Assembly: GCF_003173035.1 (NCBI RefSeq)
Contig: NZ_QGLE01000003.1
Coordinates: 44,731 to 68,730 of the forward strand
Source of the DNA: Zavarzinia aquatilis
Lineage (GTDB): Bacteria; Pseudomonadota; Alphaproteobacteria; Zavarziniales; Zavarziniaceae
Direction of reading: 5' to 3'
DNA length: 24,000 nucleotides
Positions 15,242 to 24,000 of this stretch are shown piece by piece. Below the pieces are notes generated by a model, which ran no database searches, was not told the origin of the DNA, and saw only the letters and a list, made by a program, of their open reading frames with translations. Positions within the stretch are counted from its first letter, which is position 1; every line of letters begins with the position of its first letter. Made by a program: the position numbers and the translations under genes.

Positions 15242-17041
15242 TCAGTCGTGGCGGGCGCGCGCCTCCGCCTCGCCGAACTGGAGGGCGGCCAGTCTCGCAT
15301 AGAGGCCGCCCCTTGCCACCAGCTCGGCGTGGGTGCCGGTCTCGGCGATGCGCCCCTCGTCGAGGACGATGATGCGGTCGGCGTTGATCACGGTCGCCAG
15401 GCGATGGGCGATGACGAGGGTGGTGCGGCCCTGCATCAGGCGGTCGAGGGCGCTTTGCACCTGAACTTCCGATTCCGCGTCGAGGGCGGATGTCGCCTCG
15501 TCGAGCAGCAGGATCTTGGGGTCGCGCAGCATGGCCCGGGCGATGGCGATGCGCTGCTTCTGCCCGCCGGACAGGCGCACGCCCCGCTCGCCCAGCTGCG
15601 CGGCGAAACCGCCCGGCAATTGCTCGATGAAACCCCGGGCGGAGGCGCCTTCGGCGGCGGCCAGCACCTCGGCGTCGCTCGCCTCCGGCCGGCCGTAACG
15701 GATGTTGGCGGCGGCGTCGGTGGCGAATATCGTGGTTTCCTGCGGCACCAGGGCGAAGAGCCGGCGTAGATCAACCGGGTCCAGCTCGCGGATGTCGATG
15801 CCGTCGACCGTGATCCGCCCGGCTTCCGGATCGTGGAAGCGGAGGAGGAGCTGGAACACCGTGGTCTTGCCGGCGCCGGACGGGCCGACCAGCGCCACGC
15901 TCTCGCCCGGGCGGACGGTGAAGCTGAGGTCTTGCAGCGCCGGCAGATCGGGCCGCGAGGGATAGTGGAAGGTCACCCCCTCGAAGGCGATGGTGCCCGT
16001 CGGCTGGGCGGGCAGGGGGCGCGGCTGATCGGGCGCGCGGATGGCGGGCACGATGGCGAGGAGTTCGAGCAGGCGCTCGGTCGCGCCGGCCGCGCGTTGC
16101 AGGTCGCCCCAGACTTCCGACAGGGCACCCAGGGCGCCCGCGGCGACGATGGCATAGAACACGAAGGCCGCGAGATCGCCGCCCGACATGGCGCCGGAAG
16201 CGACATCGCTCGCCCCGGTCCACAGGATGAGATCGATCGCCCCGAAGACGAGGGTGATGACGAGGGCGGTGAGCCAGGCGCGGGTGCGGATGCGCTGGCG
16301 GGCGGTGCCGAAGGCGCTTTCGACCGTGGCGCCATAGCGCGCGGCTTCGCCCGTCTCCTGCCCGAAGGCCTGCACGGTATGGACGGCGGACAGGGTCTCG
16401 TTGGCGACGGCGGCGGAATCCGCCAGCTTGTCCTGGCTCGCCCGCGACAGACCGCGCACCCGCCGCCCGAAGATCAGGATGGGCAGCAGGACGAGCGGCA
16501 CGACGAGCAACAGGAGCAGCGAGAGCTTGACCGAGGTGACGACGAGCAGCGCCGAGCCGCCGAGGAACATGAGCAGGTTGCGGAGGGCGACCGAGGCGGA
16601 GGAGCCCACGACAGCCTCGATCACCATCGTGTCGGAATTCAGCCGCGACAGGATCTCGCCGGTCTTGGTCGTCTCGAAGAAGGTGGCGTCCAGCTTGACG
16701 ACATGGCCATAGAGCGTGCGGCGCAGGTCGGCGATCACCCGCTCGCCCAGCCAGGACACCATGTAGAAACGGCCATAGGTGGCGAAGGCCAGCACGACGA
16801 CGACGCCGAGCAGGGCGATGAAATAGATGTCGAGATGGCCGCCCGCGGCGTTGGCGCTGCCGAAGCCGTTGTCGATCAGGCGCTTGATCGCCTGACCGAT
16901 GGTCAGGGTCGCGCTGGCGGCGACGAAGAGCGAGACGAGGGCGACGAGAACGCGAAAGCGATAGGGACGGATGAAGGGCCAGAGCGCGCGCAGTTTGGGG
17001 ATGGGATTGCCGCGGCGCTTCTCCGCGGGGGCGTCAGACAT
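15242..17041 (-). CDS. ABCB-type half-transporter (fused permease + ATPase; MsbA/Mdl1/ABCB10-like exporter)
   Basis: N-terminal six-TM domain. Walker A 'GPSGAGKTT', signature 'LSGGQKQRIAIARA' and Walker B 'ILLLDEATSALD'. Its ATG at 17041-17039 overlaps the cyaY stop by 8 nt (ATGTCTGA). Confidence 0.9.
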   Translation of the reverse strand: MSDAPAEKRRGNPIPKLRALWPFIRPYRFRVLVALVSLFVAASATLTIGQAIKRLIDNGFGSANAAGGHLDIYFIALLGVVVVLAFATYGRFYMVSWLGERVIADLRRTLYGHVVKLDATFFETTKTGEILSRLNSDTMVIEAVVGSSASVALRNLLMFLGGSALLVVTSVKLSLLLLLVVPLVLLPILIFGRRVRGLSRASQDKLADSAAVANETLSAVHTVQAFGQETGEAARYGATVESAFGTARQRIRTRAWLTALVITLVFGAIDLILWTGASDVASGAMSGGDLAAFVFYAIVAAGALGALSEVWGDLQRAAGATERLLELLAIVPAIRAPDQPRPLPAQPTGTIAFEGVTFHYPSRPDLPALQDLSFTVRPGESVALVGPSGAGKTTVFQLLLRFHDPEAGRITVDGIDIRELDPVDLRRLFALVPQETTIFATDAAANIRYGRPEASDAEVLAAAEGASARGFIEQLPGGFAAQLGERGVRLSGGQKQRIAIARAMLRDPKILLLDEATSALDAESEVQVQSALDRLMQGRTTLVIAHRLATVINADRIIVLDEGRIAETGTHAELVARGGLYARLAALQFGEAEARARHD

Positions 17042-17363
17042 TCTCGCCCACCTCGATGCCGACGGCGGCGAGATCGGCCACCAGCCGCGCCGTCATCGCC
17101 TCGCCGCCCCTTGTCGAGAACCAGCCGTCGCGTTCCCCGTCGAAGGCATAGTGATGGGCGCCCGAGACGGGGGAGGACAGCCAGACCTGACGCAAGGGAT
17201 TGTGCCGGTTCAGGACGAAGGTGCGGCCGTCCTCGGTCTCGGCCTGGAGCACGCCGTCGATCAGTTCCAGCTCGTCGAAGCCTTCCGATTCCTCGAAGAC
17301 GTCGAGCCAGAACGCGAGGCAGTGCTCGGCCCGGTTCCTGAAGTCCGTATCGTCCTGCGCCAT
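17034..17363 (-). CDS. cyaY: Iron donor protein CyaY (bacterial frataxin)
   Basis: 109 aa. 'VLNRHNPLRQVWLSSPVSGAHHY' aligns with E. coli CyaY '[22 protein letters not shown]'. The acidic N-terminal helix ('FEESEGFDELELIDGVL') is typical of frataxins. Confidence 0.85.
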   Translation of the reverse strand: MAQDDTDFRNRAEHCLAFWLDVFEESEGFDELELIDGVLQAETEDGRTFVLNRHNPLRQVWLSSPVSGAHHYAFDGERDGWFSTRGGEAMTARLVADLAAVGIEVGENV

Positions 17364-17427
17364 CCATCAACTCCCCGGCGGAATGGCCGAAAGAGTTACG
17401 ACGATTGCCCCGGAGAGGGAAGGGGCA

Positions 17428-17447
17428 GACGGCGCATTTGCGCCGTC
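17428..17447 (-). terminator. Hairpin downstream of the DOPA-dioxygenase-like gene
   Basis: 'gacggcgc' + 'attt' + 'gcgccgtc' forms an 8-bp stem, 10 nt after the minus-strand stop at 17458. No clear U-tract. Confidence 0.35.
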
Positions 17448-17457
17448 CCGGGGGCTC

Positions 17458-18237
17458 TTATGCAGCCCGCGCACTGCCCCAGGCATCCATGGCGAGGATG
17501 CCGTAGGTGTAGGCGCGGTGCCAGGCGACCGCCGCCTCGCCCGCGTCGAGGGCGCCGAGCACGGTGAACAGGGGCAGCAGATGCTCCTCCGTCGGGTGGT
17601 TCTGCGGCCCGAAGGGGGCCTTTTCCCGATAGGCGAGCAGGCTGTCGATGTCATGGGCGGCGATCCGCTCCGCCACCCAGTCGGCGAAGGCGGTGACCCA
17701 GGGCTTGGGCGGCTGTTCCTGCACCGGACTGCGGAATTCATGGAGATTGTGGGTCAGCGAGCCGGAGCCGAGAATCAGCACGCCCTCGTCCCGCAGCGGC
17801 CGCAACGCCTGCCCGACGGCATAGGCGTGGGCCGGCCCCTCCATGGTCTGCACCGAAAGCTGGGTCGCCGGCACGTCGGCCGCCGGATAGGCCAGCTTCA
17901 AGGGCACCCAGGCGCCATGGTCGAGGCCGCGCGCCTCGTCGATCATGGTGCCGGGCAGCAGCTGGGCGACCCTTGCGGCGAGGTCGGGGGCGCCGGGGGC
18001 GGGATATTGCATCTCGAACAGGGCGCGGGGGAAGCCGCCGAAATCATGGATGGTGCGGGGTTTCAGCACGGCCGAGACCCGGGGGCTGGCCGTTTCCCAA
18101 TGGGCCGAGACGACAAGGATCGCCTGCGGCTTCGGCATGGTGGCGCCGAGGCCCATCATGAAGCGGTGGGTCGCGCCGTCGTCCAGCGCCAGCATGGGCG
18201 AGCCGTGACCGACGAACACAGTGGGCATACGCGACAT
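17458..18237 (-). CDS. ygiD: 4,5-DOPA dioxygenase extradiol-like (class III extradiol dioxygenase, YgiD family)
   Basis: 'PTVFVGHGSPM', 'VSAHWET', 'DHGAWVPL' and 'GSGSLTHNL' are motifs of the LigB/DODA family. Start at ATG 18237-18235 ('MSRMPTVF'). Confidence 0.85.
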   Translation of the reverse strand: MSRMPTVFVGHGSPMLALDDGATHRFMMGLGATMPKPQAILVVSAHWETASPRVSAVLKPRTIHDFGGFPRALFEMQYPAPGAPDLAARVAQLLPGTMIDEARGLDHGAWVPLKLAYPAADVPATQLSVQTMEGPAHAYAVGQALRPLRDEGVLILGSGSLTHNLHEFRSPVQEQPPKPWVTAFADWVAERIAAHDIDSLLAYREKAPFGPQNHPTEEHLLPLFTVLGALDAGEAAVAWHRAYTYGILAMDAWGSARAA

Positions 18238-18316
18238 GATCAATCCTTTCCGGGCGCGGTCATCTTGCGCCCCGCCGCGCCCCCGGCACAAGACCGGGGG
18301 GCGGCACGGCCCGCCG

Positions 18317-18733
18317 TTACAGCGAGGCCAGCTTGCCGGGCAGCTTGCGGCCGAGGGCGAAGGCGCCCGGGCCGATCAGCGCCGAGGCGAGCAGCAGCAC
18401 GGTCCAGGCCGCCGGGAATTCCCAGCCGCCGCCCGCCGCCGAGAAGCTCCAGCCGTTGCCGGCGTGCTGCAGCGTCGCGCCGATCAGCACCGGGATCAGG
18501 CCGACGGCGGCGAGGCGCGGCAGGAAACCGACGATCAGGGCAAGGCCGCCCGCGACTTCCGCGAAGATCACCAGATAGGCGAAGGCGGCGGGATAGCCGA
18601 TTGATTCGAAATAGCCGGCGGTGCCGGCCGGGGTGAAGGTCAGCACCTTCAGAATGAAGCCGTGGGAAAAGGCGAGAACGCCAAGGGTAACGCGGAGGAC
18701 GAAGGCGCCGAGATCGGCGGTATTGGTCGACAT
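18317..18733 (-). CDS. DoxX family membrane protein
   Basis: 138 aa with four hydrophobic helices. 'FVLRVTLGVLAFSHGFILKVL' and 'AEVAGGLALIVGF' are typical DoxX patterns. GGAG lies about 9 nt upstream of the ATG at 18733. Confidence 0.8.
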   Translation of the reverse strand: MSTNTADLGAFVLRVTLGVLAFSHGFILKVLTFTPAGTAGYFESIGYPAAFAYLVIFAEVAGGLALIVGFLPRLAAVGLIPVLIGATLQHAGNGWSFSAAGGGWEFPAAWTVLLLASALIGPGAFALGRKLPGKLASL

Positions 18734-18796
18734 GATGAAATCTCCGGACGGCGTGAATGCCGTGACCCCTTCAACATGCGTCTTGTTCGCACATTA

Positions 18797-18826
18797 TTGA
18801 AATTGATGTTTGTGAGGATATATATT
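18797..18826 (+). promoter_or_regulatory. Candidate sigma-70 promoter of the LysR gene
   Basis: TTGAAA (18797-18802), an 18-nt spacer, then TATATT (18821-18826). The predicted TSS is only a few nt before the ATG at 18837, and no SD is visible. Confidence 0.35.
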
Positions 18827-18836
18827 TCCGTTTGTG

Positions 18837-19748
18837 ATGTTCGACCGTCTGGACCTCAATCTTCTCCGCCTGTTCGAGGCCGTGCTTCATTCGGGCAGCG
18901 TCAGCCGGGCGGCGACGCAGCTGGGCCTTACGCAATCCGCCGCCTCCAACGGCCTTGCCCGCCTGCGCGAGGTGTTGGGCGATCCGCTGTTCATCCGCCG
19001 GCCGGGCGGGGTGGAGCCGACGGCGCGGGCGCGCGATCTGGCGGCGCCGGTGGCGGCGGCGCTCTCGGGCTTGCGCATGGCCATCGACGGCCGGGCCCCC
19101 TTCGATCCCACGGGGGCGGAGGCGGAGCTGACGGTCGGCATGTCCGACCATGCCGAACTGGTGCTGGCGCCGGCCCTGATCGCCCGGATCGAGGCGGCGG
19201 CGCCGGGGCTTTCCCTCACCTTCCGCCATTGCGACCGCTCTGACGCGGTCGGCCTGATCGACGACGAGGCGCTGCTGCTGGCCATCGGCGTGCTGCCCGA
19301 TCCCCCCGCGCGCATGACCCGGCAGTTCCTGCGCCGGGAGGGGTTCTGCGTCGTCATGCGGCCGGGCCATCCGGCGGCGGCGGGCGACTGGTCGCTCGAT
19401 GTCTATCTCGCCGCGCGCCACATGCTGGTTTCCGCCGTCGCCAGCCGCACCGGCGCGGTCGACCGGCTGCTGACCGAAAGGGGTCTGCAGCGCCGCCTCG
19501 GCCCCGTGGTCTCCCATCACCTCGCGGCGGGGGCGGTGCTGGCGGACAGCGACCTGTTGCTGACCCTGCCGCAATCGGTCGGCCATGTCCTGATGCGCGC
19601 CTTCGGCCTCGTCGAGCGGCCGGTGCCCTTCGAGTTGCCGCAGGTCCGCCTCGCCATGATCTGGCACCGCCGCAACGACGAGGCGCCCCTGCACCGCTGG
19701 CTGCGGCGCGAGGTGGCGCAACTGGCCAAGGCGGTCGGCGCAGGCTAG
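18837..19748 (+). CDS. LysR family transcriptional regulator
   Basis: '[45 protein letters not shown]' is an HTH_1 domain followed by a substrate-binding domain. The track start at 18834 is a GTG, so the adjacent ATG at 18837 is preferred. It is divergent from doxX and ygiD. Confidence 0.9.
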   Translation: MFDRLDLNLLRLFEAVLHSGSVSRAATQLGLTQSAASNGLARLREVLGDPLFIRRPGGVEPTARARDLAAPVAAALSGLRMAIDGRAPFDPTGAEAELTVGMSDHAELVLAPALIARIEAAAPGLSLTFRHCDRSDAVGLIDDEALLLAIGVLPDPPARMTRQFLRREGFCVVMRPGHPAAAGDWSLDVYLAARHMLVSAVASRTGAVDRLLTERGLQRRLGPVVSHHLAAGAVLADSDLLLTLPQSVGHVLMRAFGLVERPVPFELPQVRLAMIWHRRNDEAPLHRWLRREVAQLAKAVGAG

Positions 19749-19759
19749 AGTGCGCCGCC

Positions 19760-20227
19760 ATGACGACTTCCCATGAAACCACCACGCTGAACCAGCTCGG
19801 CCACCCGACCGCGCAGGCCGAGGGGCCGGACAGCGCCCTCCTCGAGAAAGTGCCGAACCCGCAGGCGGGCGTGCGCTATCTGATCCGCTTCGTCTGCCCG
19901 GAATTCACCTCGGTCTGCCCGGTGACCGGCCAGCCGGATTTCGCCCATCTGGTGATCGACTATGTGCCGCGCGATTTCATCGTCGAGAGCAAGTCGCTGA
20001 AGCTCTTCCTCGGCTCGTTCCGCAATCACGGCGCCTTCCACGAGGATTGCACGGTGCGCATCGCCCGCCGGCTGGTCGATCTGCTCGATCCCGAATGGCT
20101 GCGCATCGGCGGCTACTGGTATCCGCGCGGCGGCATCCCGATCGACGTCTTCTACGCGACCGGCGCCCCGCCCGAGGGCCTGTGGCTGCCCGATCAGGGC
20201 GTGCCGCCCTATCGCGGCCGGGGCTAG
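19760..20227 (+). CDS. queF: NADPH-dependent 7-cyano-7-deazaguanine (preQ0) reductase QueF, unimodular type
   Basis: '[13 protein letters not shown]' (catalytic Cys) and 'ESKSLKLFL' (QueF motif). Length 155 aa. Confidence 0.9.
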   Translation: MTTSHETTTLNQLGHPTAQAEGPDSALLEKVPNPQAGVRYLIRFVCPEFTSVCPVTGQPDFAHLVIDYVPRDFIVESKSLKLFLGSFRNHGAFHEDCTVRIARRLVDLLDPEWLRIGGYWYPRGGIPIDVFYATGAPPEGLWLPDQGVPPYRGRG

Positions 20228-20230
20228 GCC

Positions 20231-20950
20231 ATGCCCCGTCCTTCCGAACGCAAGGCCCCCGGGGCGGAGGAGATCGAGGCCCGCGTCCTGTTCAAGGACA
20301 GCCTGATCCTCGTCATCGACAAGCCGGCCGGCCTGCCCGTGCATCAGGGGCCGGGCGGCGGCCCCAACCTGGAGCAATCCTTCGTCCACCTGCGCTATGG
20401 CCTGCCCAAGGCGCCGTCCCTCGCCCATCGGCTCGACCGCGACACCACGGGTTGCCTCGTCCTTGGCCGTCATGCCAAGGCGCTGGCCAAGCTGGGCAAG
20501 ATTTTCGCCGGGGGCCGGGCGCAGAAGACCTATTGGGCGGTGGTGCGCGGCCGCCCGGCGGAAGACCAGGGCACCATCGACAAGCCGCTGGCCAAGCTGA
20601 CGCCGAAGCGCGGCTGGCGCATGGTGGTCGATCCAGCCGGCCAGCCGGCGGTGACCGACTATCGCCTGATGGGGACGAGCGCCGACGGCAGCCTGTCCTG
20701 GCTGGAGCTTTATCCCCGCACCGGCCGCACCCATCAGATCCGCGTGCACTGCGCCGACATGGGCTGCCCGATCCTGGGCGAGCCGATCTACGGCCGCGCG
20801 GAAGACGCCCCCGAGCCGGACGAGCCGCTGCACCTGCTCGCCCGCGCGATCCGGCTGCCGCTCTACCCCAGCCGCGACCCCGTCGAGGTGACGGCGCCGC
20901 CGGCCGAACACATGCTGGCAGCCCTGCGCGCCTGCGGCTATTCCGGCTGA
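20231..20950 (+). CDS. RluA-family pseudouridine synthase
   Basis: 'LVIDKPAGLPVH', 'HRLDRDTTGCLVLG' (catalytic Asp) and 'TGRTHQIRVH'. Lacks an N-terminal S4 domain. Confidence 0.85.
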   Translation: MPRPSERKAPGAEEIEARVLFKDSLILVIDKPAGLPVHQGPGGGPNLEQSFVHLRYGLPKAPSLAHRLDRDTTGCLVLGRHAKALAKLGKIFAGGRAQKTYWAVVRGRPAEDQGTIDKPLAKLTPKRGWRMVVDPAGQPAVTDYRLMGTSADGSLSWLELYPRTGRTHQIRVHCADMGCPILGEPIYGRAEDAPEPDEPLHLLARAIRLPLYPSRDPVEVTAPPAEHMLAALRACGYSG

Positions 20951-21720
20951 GGTCCGCCCGACAGGATCGAGGCCGCGCCGCCAACCCCGGCCCGGAAGGC
21001 ATCGTCGAAGGAAACGCCGCCGCGCGACCACGGCTTCGCCGCCTGGCCGGGCATCGACCAGGTCACGCGCCAGCCCGGCGCCGTCTCGTCCCAGCTCAGG
21101 TCGCCGACCAGCAGGGCCTCGCCCCCCAGCCGGGCGGCGAGGTCGGCCGGCGCCTCCCCCGGCGCGAGGCCGGCGGTTTCAGGCAGGATCAGCGGCACGC
21201 CGAAGCGGTTGCCGGCGGCGTCCAACGCCTCGACCTGCGCGCCCGCGGTCACGCCGGTCACGCCCCGGGCGACGACCCAGTCCCGCCCGTCGCGGTGGCT
21301 GGTGACGACGACCGCCAGCACCGGGCGATCCGCGCCCCAGGGTTTCAGGCCGAAACCGGCCAGCATGTTGCCGATGGCGTCATCGCGGAAGGTTGGGCGC
21401 AGGAAGAAGGGGCGATCCCGCGTGCCCTGTTCGTCACCGACCGGTAACGCCTTCATGCGATCTTCATATTCCAGATCAAGGACGGCCCGTGCCGCCCCAG
21501 GTATCAAGGTCTGGAGGCGCGGGTCATCGGCCAGCCCGGGACGGCCCGAGACCCGCACCAGCACTTCGGTCAGGCAGACCCCGAGCCCTCGCGCGCGCTC
21601 GGCTTCTCCCTGACCCGTGACCAGCGTTTCGCAAGCGTTCAGATGTTCGACCGGCCGGGCCTCGGCCGCGGACGACGCACAAAGGAGACCGAAGAGGAGA
21701 ACGGGGAGCCACGGTTTCAT
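20938..21720 (-). CDS. DUF2066-like periplasmic protein
   Basis: ATG at 21720-21718 with signal peptide 'MKPWLPVLLFGLLCASSAAEA'. 'ERARGLGVCLTEVLVRVSG' and 'FGLKPWGADRPVLAVVV' resemble the DUF2066 patterns I remember. The 3' end overlaps the convergent rluA-family gene by 13 nt. Confidence 0.5.
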   Translation of the reverse strand: MKPWLPVLLFGLLCASSAAEARPVEHLNACETLVTGQGEAERARGLGVCLTEVLVRVSGRPGLADDPRLQTLIPGAARAVLDLEYEDRMKALPVGDEQGTRDRPFFLRPTFRDDAIGNMLAGFGLKPWGADRPVLAVVVTSHRDGRDWVVARGVTGVTAGAQVEALDAAGNRFGVPLILPETAGLAPGEAPADLAARLGGEALLVGDLSWDETAPGWRVTWSMPGQAAKPWSRGGVSFDDAFRAGVGGAASILSGGPQPE

Positions 21721-21880
21721 GGCACCAAGAATATCAGGCCTGTGGTCCTGTCGGAATCGGCTCGTCTGCCATTCTTTTGTCACGGTATCGGGGTAGGTAT
21801 ATCGCAATCTATTGTGGTATGGTTCCAACGTATTCCGAAGATATGGATGTTTGCCGGTAAAGGTCGATCAGCACAGTGCG

Positions 21881-22342
21881 ATGACGAAAAAAGCCGAGAC
21901 CCGACAATATGCCGCCCTGCCGATCGATCTTTCCTCGGGCGAGCTGAAGATCGTCCTCGTCACGTCGCGGACCACGGGGCGCTGGATCGTGCCCAAGGGC
22001 CGGCCGGAGCCGGGCCTGCCGGGGCATGAGGTCGCCCGCCGCGAAGCCTTCGAGGAAGCGGGGCTGCTCGGCACCGTGTCGCACAAGTCGCTGGGCAGTT
22101 TCGTCGGCGTGAAGGGGCAGGGGACCACCGCCGCCCCGGCGCGGGTGCTGGTCTATCCGTTCCGCGTCTCGGCCTATCTCGACGATTTTCCCGAGAAGGG
22201 GCAGCGCGACATCCGCACCGTCACTTACCTCGACGCCCTGATGCTGCTGTCGGACGGCGGGCTGGTCTCGCTGCTGCTGCGCAACGAACGCCGGCTGATC
22301 GACAGCCTGCCGCCGCTGGCGGTGATCGGCGCCGACCGCTGA
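21881..22342 (+). CDS. NUDIX hydrolase
   Basis: ATG at 21881 ('MTKKAETRQYAALP'). Nudix-box core 'VARREAFEEAGLLG'. Confidence 0.8.
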   Translation: MTKKAETRQYAALPIDLSSGELKIVLVTSRTTGRWIVPKGRPEPGLPGHEVARREAFEEAGLLGTVSHKSLGSFVGVKGQGTTAAPARVLVYPFRVSAYLDDFPEKGQRDIRTVTYLDALMLLSDGGLVSLLLRNERRLIDSLPPLAVIGADR

Positions 22343-22348
22343 TCCTCG

Positions 22349-24000
22349 TCAGGGCAGGGTTTCGACCTCCCGCCCGGGCAGGCGGACCGCTTCCTCCCCG
22401 GCTTCACGCCGGGCGCTCAGGCGGTGGCCGAAGCGGCGGGCGAAGAAATCGCGGATATCGTCGACCACGGTAAAGACCACCGGCACATAGACAAGACTGA
22501 GCAGGGTCGAGGTGATCAGCCCGCCGATGACGGCAATCGCCATGGGCGCGCGGAATTCCGTGTCCGCGCCGATGCCGATGGCGATGGGCAGCATGCCCGC
22601 GCCCATGGCGACCGTGGTCATGACGATGGGCCGGGCGCGCTTGTGCGCCGCCTCGATCAGGGCCTCGTGCCGGCTCATGCCGGCGGCGCGCTGGTGCAGG
22701 ACATATTCGACCAGCAGGATCGAATTCTTCGCCGCGATGCCCATCAGCATCAGGATGCCGATCAGCGCCGGCATCGACAGCGCCTGCCCGGTCAGGAACA
22801 GCAGGCCGAAGGCGCCGCCGATGGACAGGGGCAGGGCGGTCAGGATGGTCGCCGGATGGGTGAAGCCCTTGAACAGCAGGACGAGCACGACATACATCAG
22901 GAAGACGCCGGTGCCGAGGGCGACGAGAAAGCCGGTCATCAGCTCCGCCAGATTCTCGACGTCTCCCGTCGGCAGCTCGATCACCCCTTGCGGCAGATTG
23001 CGCATCGCGGGCAAGGCATGGACCCGCTCGGCGGCGACACCCAGCGGAATGCCGATCAGCTCCGCCTCGATGGCGGCGCTGCTGCGCCGGTCCAGCCGGT
23101 AGATCTGGGCAAGGCCGGCGCCATATTCGATGTCGGCCACGGCGGCCAGCGGGACAGAGCCGCCGTCGGCGGTCGGCACGCGAAGGGCGGCCAGCGTCTC
23201 GGCGTCGTGGCGGGCGTCCTCGCGCAGCATCAGGCGGATCGGGATCTGGCGATCCGGCAGATTGAACTTGGGCAAGGCCTGGTCGATGTCGCCCAACGTG
23301 GCGACGCGGGCGACGCTGGCCAGCGTCTCGGCCGAGACGCCGAGGGCGGCGGCCTTGTCGGGCTTCGGCACGATGCGAATCTCGGGCCGCGCCAGATTGG
23401 CGGTCGAGGCGACATTGGCGAGACCGTCGATGCCGCGCATTTCCCGCTCCACCTGGGCGGCGGTGCGGGCCAGCAGGGCGGCATCGTCACTGACGAGGGC
23501 GAGCTGGAACTTGGCGCCCGACGAGCCGTCGGCACCGAAGCGGACGCGGGTGCCCGGCACCTGCCGCAGCAGGGCGCCGACTTCATTCTCGAACTCCTGC
23601 TGGCTCAGTTTGCGCTCGCCCCGCGGCACCAGATTGACGACGACGGTCGCCCGCCGCACCTCGCCCAGCAGCGAGCCGCCGCCGCCCGGGCTGCCGGTCA
23701 CCGTATTGGTGCCGATGGAGACATAGATCGTGCGGACCTCGGGCCGGGCCTTCAGCTGCGCGGTCAATTCCGAGACGGCGGCATCGGTCTCGTCGATGGT
23801 GACGCCGGGCGGCAACTCGACCGACATGACCGAACGGCCGCGGTCGCTGACCGGCACGAAATCGTTCGGCAGCAGCGTGGTCAGGCCGAGGGAGCCGATG
23901 AAGATCAGCACGCCGGCGACGAGCACGGTGAAACGCCGCCGCAGGCACCAGCCGAGGAAACGCAGATAGCCCGGCATCCAGCCCGGCTCGCGGTGCGGAT
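22349..24000 (-). CDS. Efflux RND transporter permease subunit (AcrB/HAE family), 3' part; the gene continues beyond the window
   Basis: C-terminal TM bundle with 'LIGILMLMGIAAKNSILLVEYV', comparable to the AcrB 'AKNAILIVEF' motif. The periplasmic porter-domain sequence is open to the window edge, so the ATG at 23977 is not the true start. Confidence 0.9.
   Translation of the reverse strand, partial: PHREPGWMPGYLRFLGWCLRRRFTVLVAGVLIFIGSLGLTTLLPNDFVPVSDRGRSVMSVELPPGVTIDETDAAVSELTAQLKARPEVRTIYVSIGTNTVTGSPGGGGSLLGEVRRATVVVNLVPRGERKLSQQEFENEVGALLRQVPGTRVRFGADGSSGAKFQLALVSDDAALLARTAAQVEREMRGIDGLANVASTANLARPEIRIVPKPDKAAALGVSAETLASVARVATLGDIDQALPKFNLPDRQIPIRLMLREDARHDAETLAALRVPTADGGSVPLAAVADIEYGAGLAQIYRLDRRSSAAIEAELIGIPLGVAAERVHALPAMRNLPQGVIELPTGDVENLAELMTGFLVALGTGVFLMYVVLVLLFKGFTHPATILTALPLSIGGAFGLLFLTGQALSMPALIGILMLMGIAAKNSILLVEYVLHQRAAGMSRHEALIEAAHKRARPIVMTTVAMGAGMLPIAIGIGADTEFRAPMAIAVIGGLITSTLLSLVYVPVVFTVVDDIRDFFARRFGHRLSARREAGEEAVRLPGREVETLP

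Noticed and set aside
14045-15769. 574-aa plus-strand ORF antisense to the PON-like and ABCB genes. The same applies to 15833..17341, 17200..18636, 18771..19721, 19745..21031, 20047..21447, 6182..7660, 8572..9318, 9215..10621 and 10093..11265.
   Set aside because: All lie opposite to, or out of frame with, genes that carry clear family motifs. All have Gly/Arg/Asp/Pro-dominated composition. They are GC-driven open frames, not genes.
20938-20950. 13-nt 3' overlap of the convergent RluA-family and DUF2066-like genes
   Set aside because: Convergent terminal overlaps are common in compact high-GC genomes. Nothing suggests regulatory antisense function.

Overview
High-GC (about 70%) chromosomal window, most likely from an alphaproteobacterium. 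It is densely packed with recognisable housekeeping genes. Left to right: a fused indolepyruvate/2-oxoacid:ferredoxin oxidoreductase; htpG; a four-gene ABC-2/GldG-like/DUF4340 operon; a paraoxonase-like arylesterase; an overlapping cyaY (frataxin) and ABCB exporter pair; a LysR regulator divergent from doxX and a DOPA-dioxygenase-like gene; queF; an RluA-family pseudouridine synthase; a DUF2066-like protein; a NUDIX hydrolase; and the 3' part of an RND efflux pump that runs off the window. The outstanding feature is a ~2.6 kb low-GC islet at ~11400-14010. Hand counts give 16/60 G+C at 11641-11700 and 20/60 at 13261-13320, against 43/60 at 10021-10080. The islet carries a compact plus-strand cassette of three genes, all predicted to be exported: a Sec-signal Cys-containing orphan, a Tat-signal HExxH...ExxxD zinc metallopeptidase whose start overlaps the previous stop (ATGA), and a small Sec-signal beta-type orphan. 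It ends at a truncated transposase N-terminal fragment. I cannot match this triad to any characterised system from memory, and it is the best candidate for something new. A second accessory-looking spot is a 123-aa orphan ORF of lower GC (3683-4054), bracketed by two direct copies of a ~118 bp nested-palindrome GC-rich repeat. Most long ORFs in the six-frame track are antisense or alternate-frame artefacts of high GC. All family calls rest on motif recognition by eye; no searches were run.
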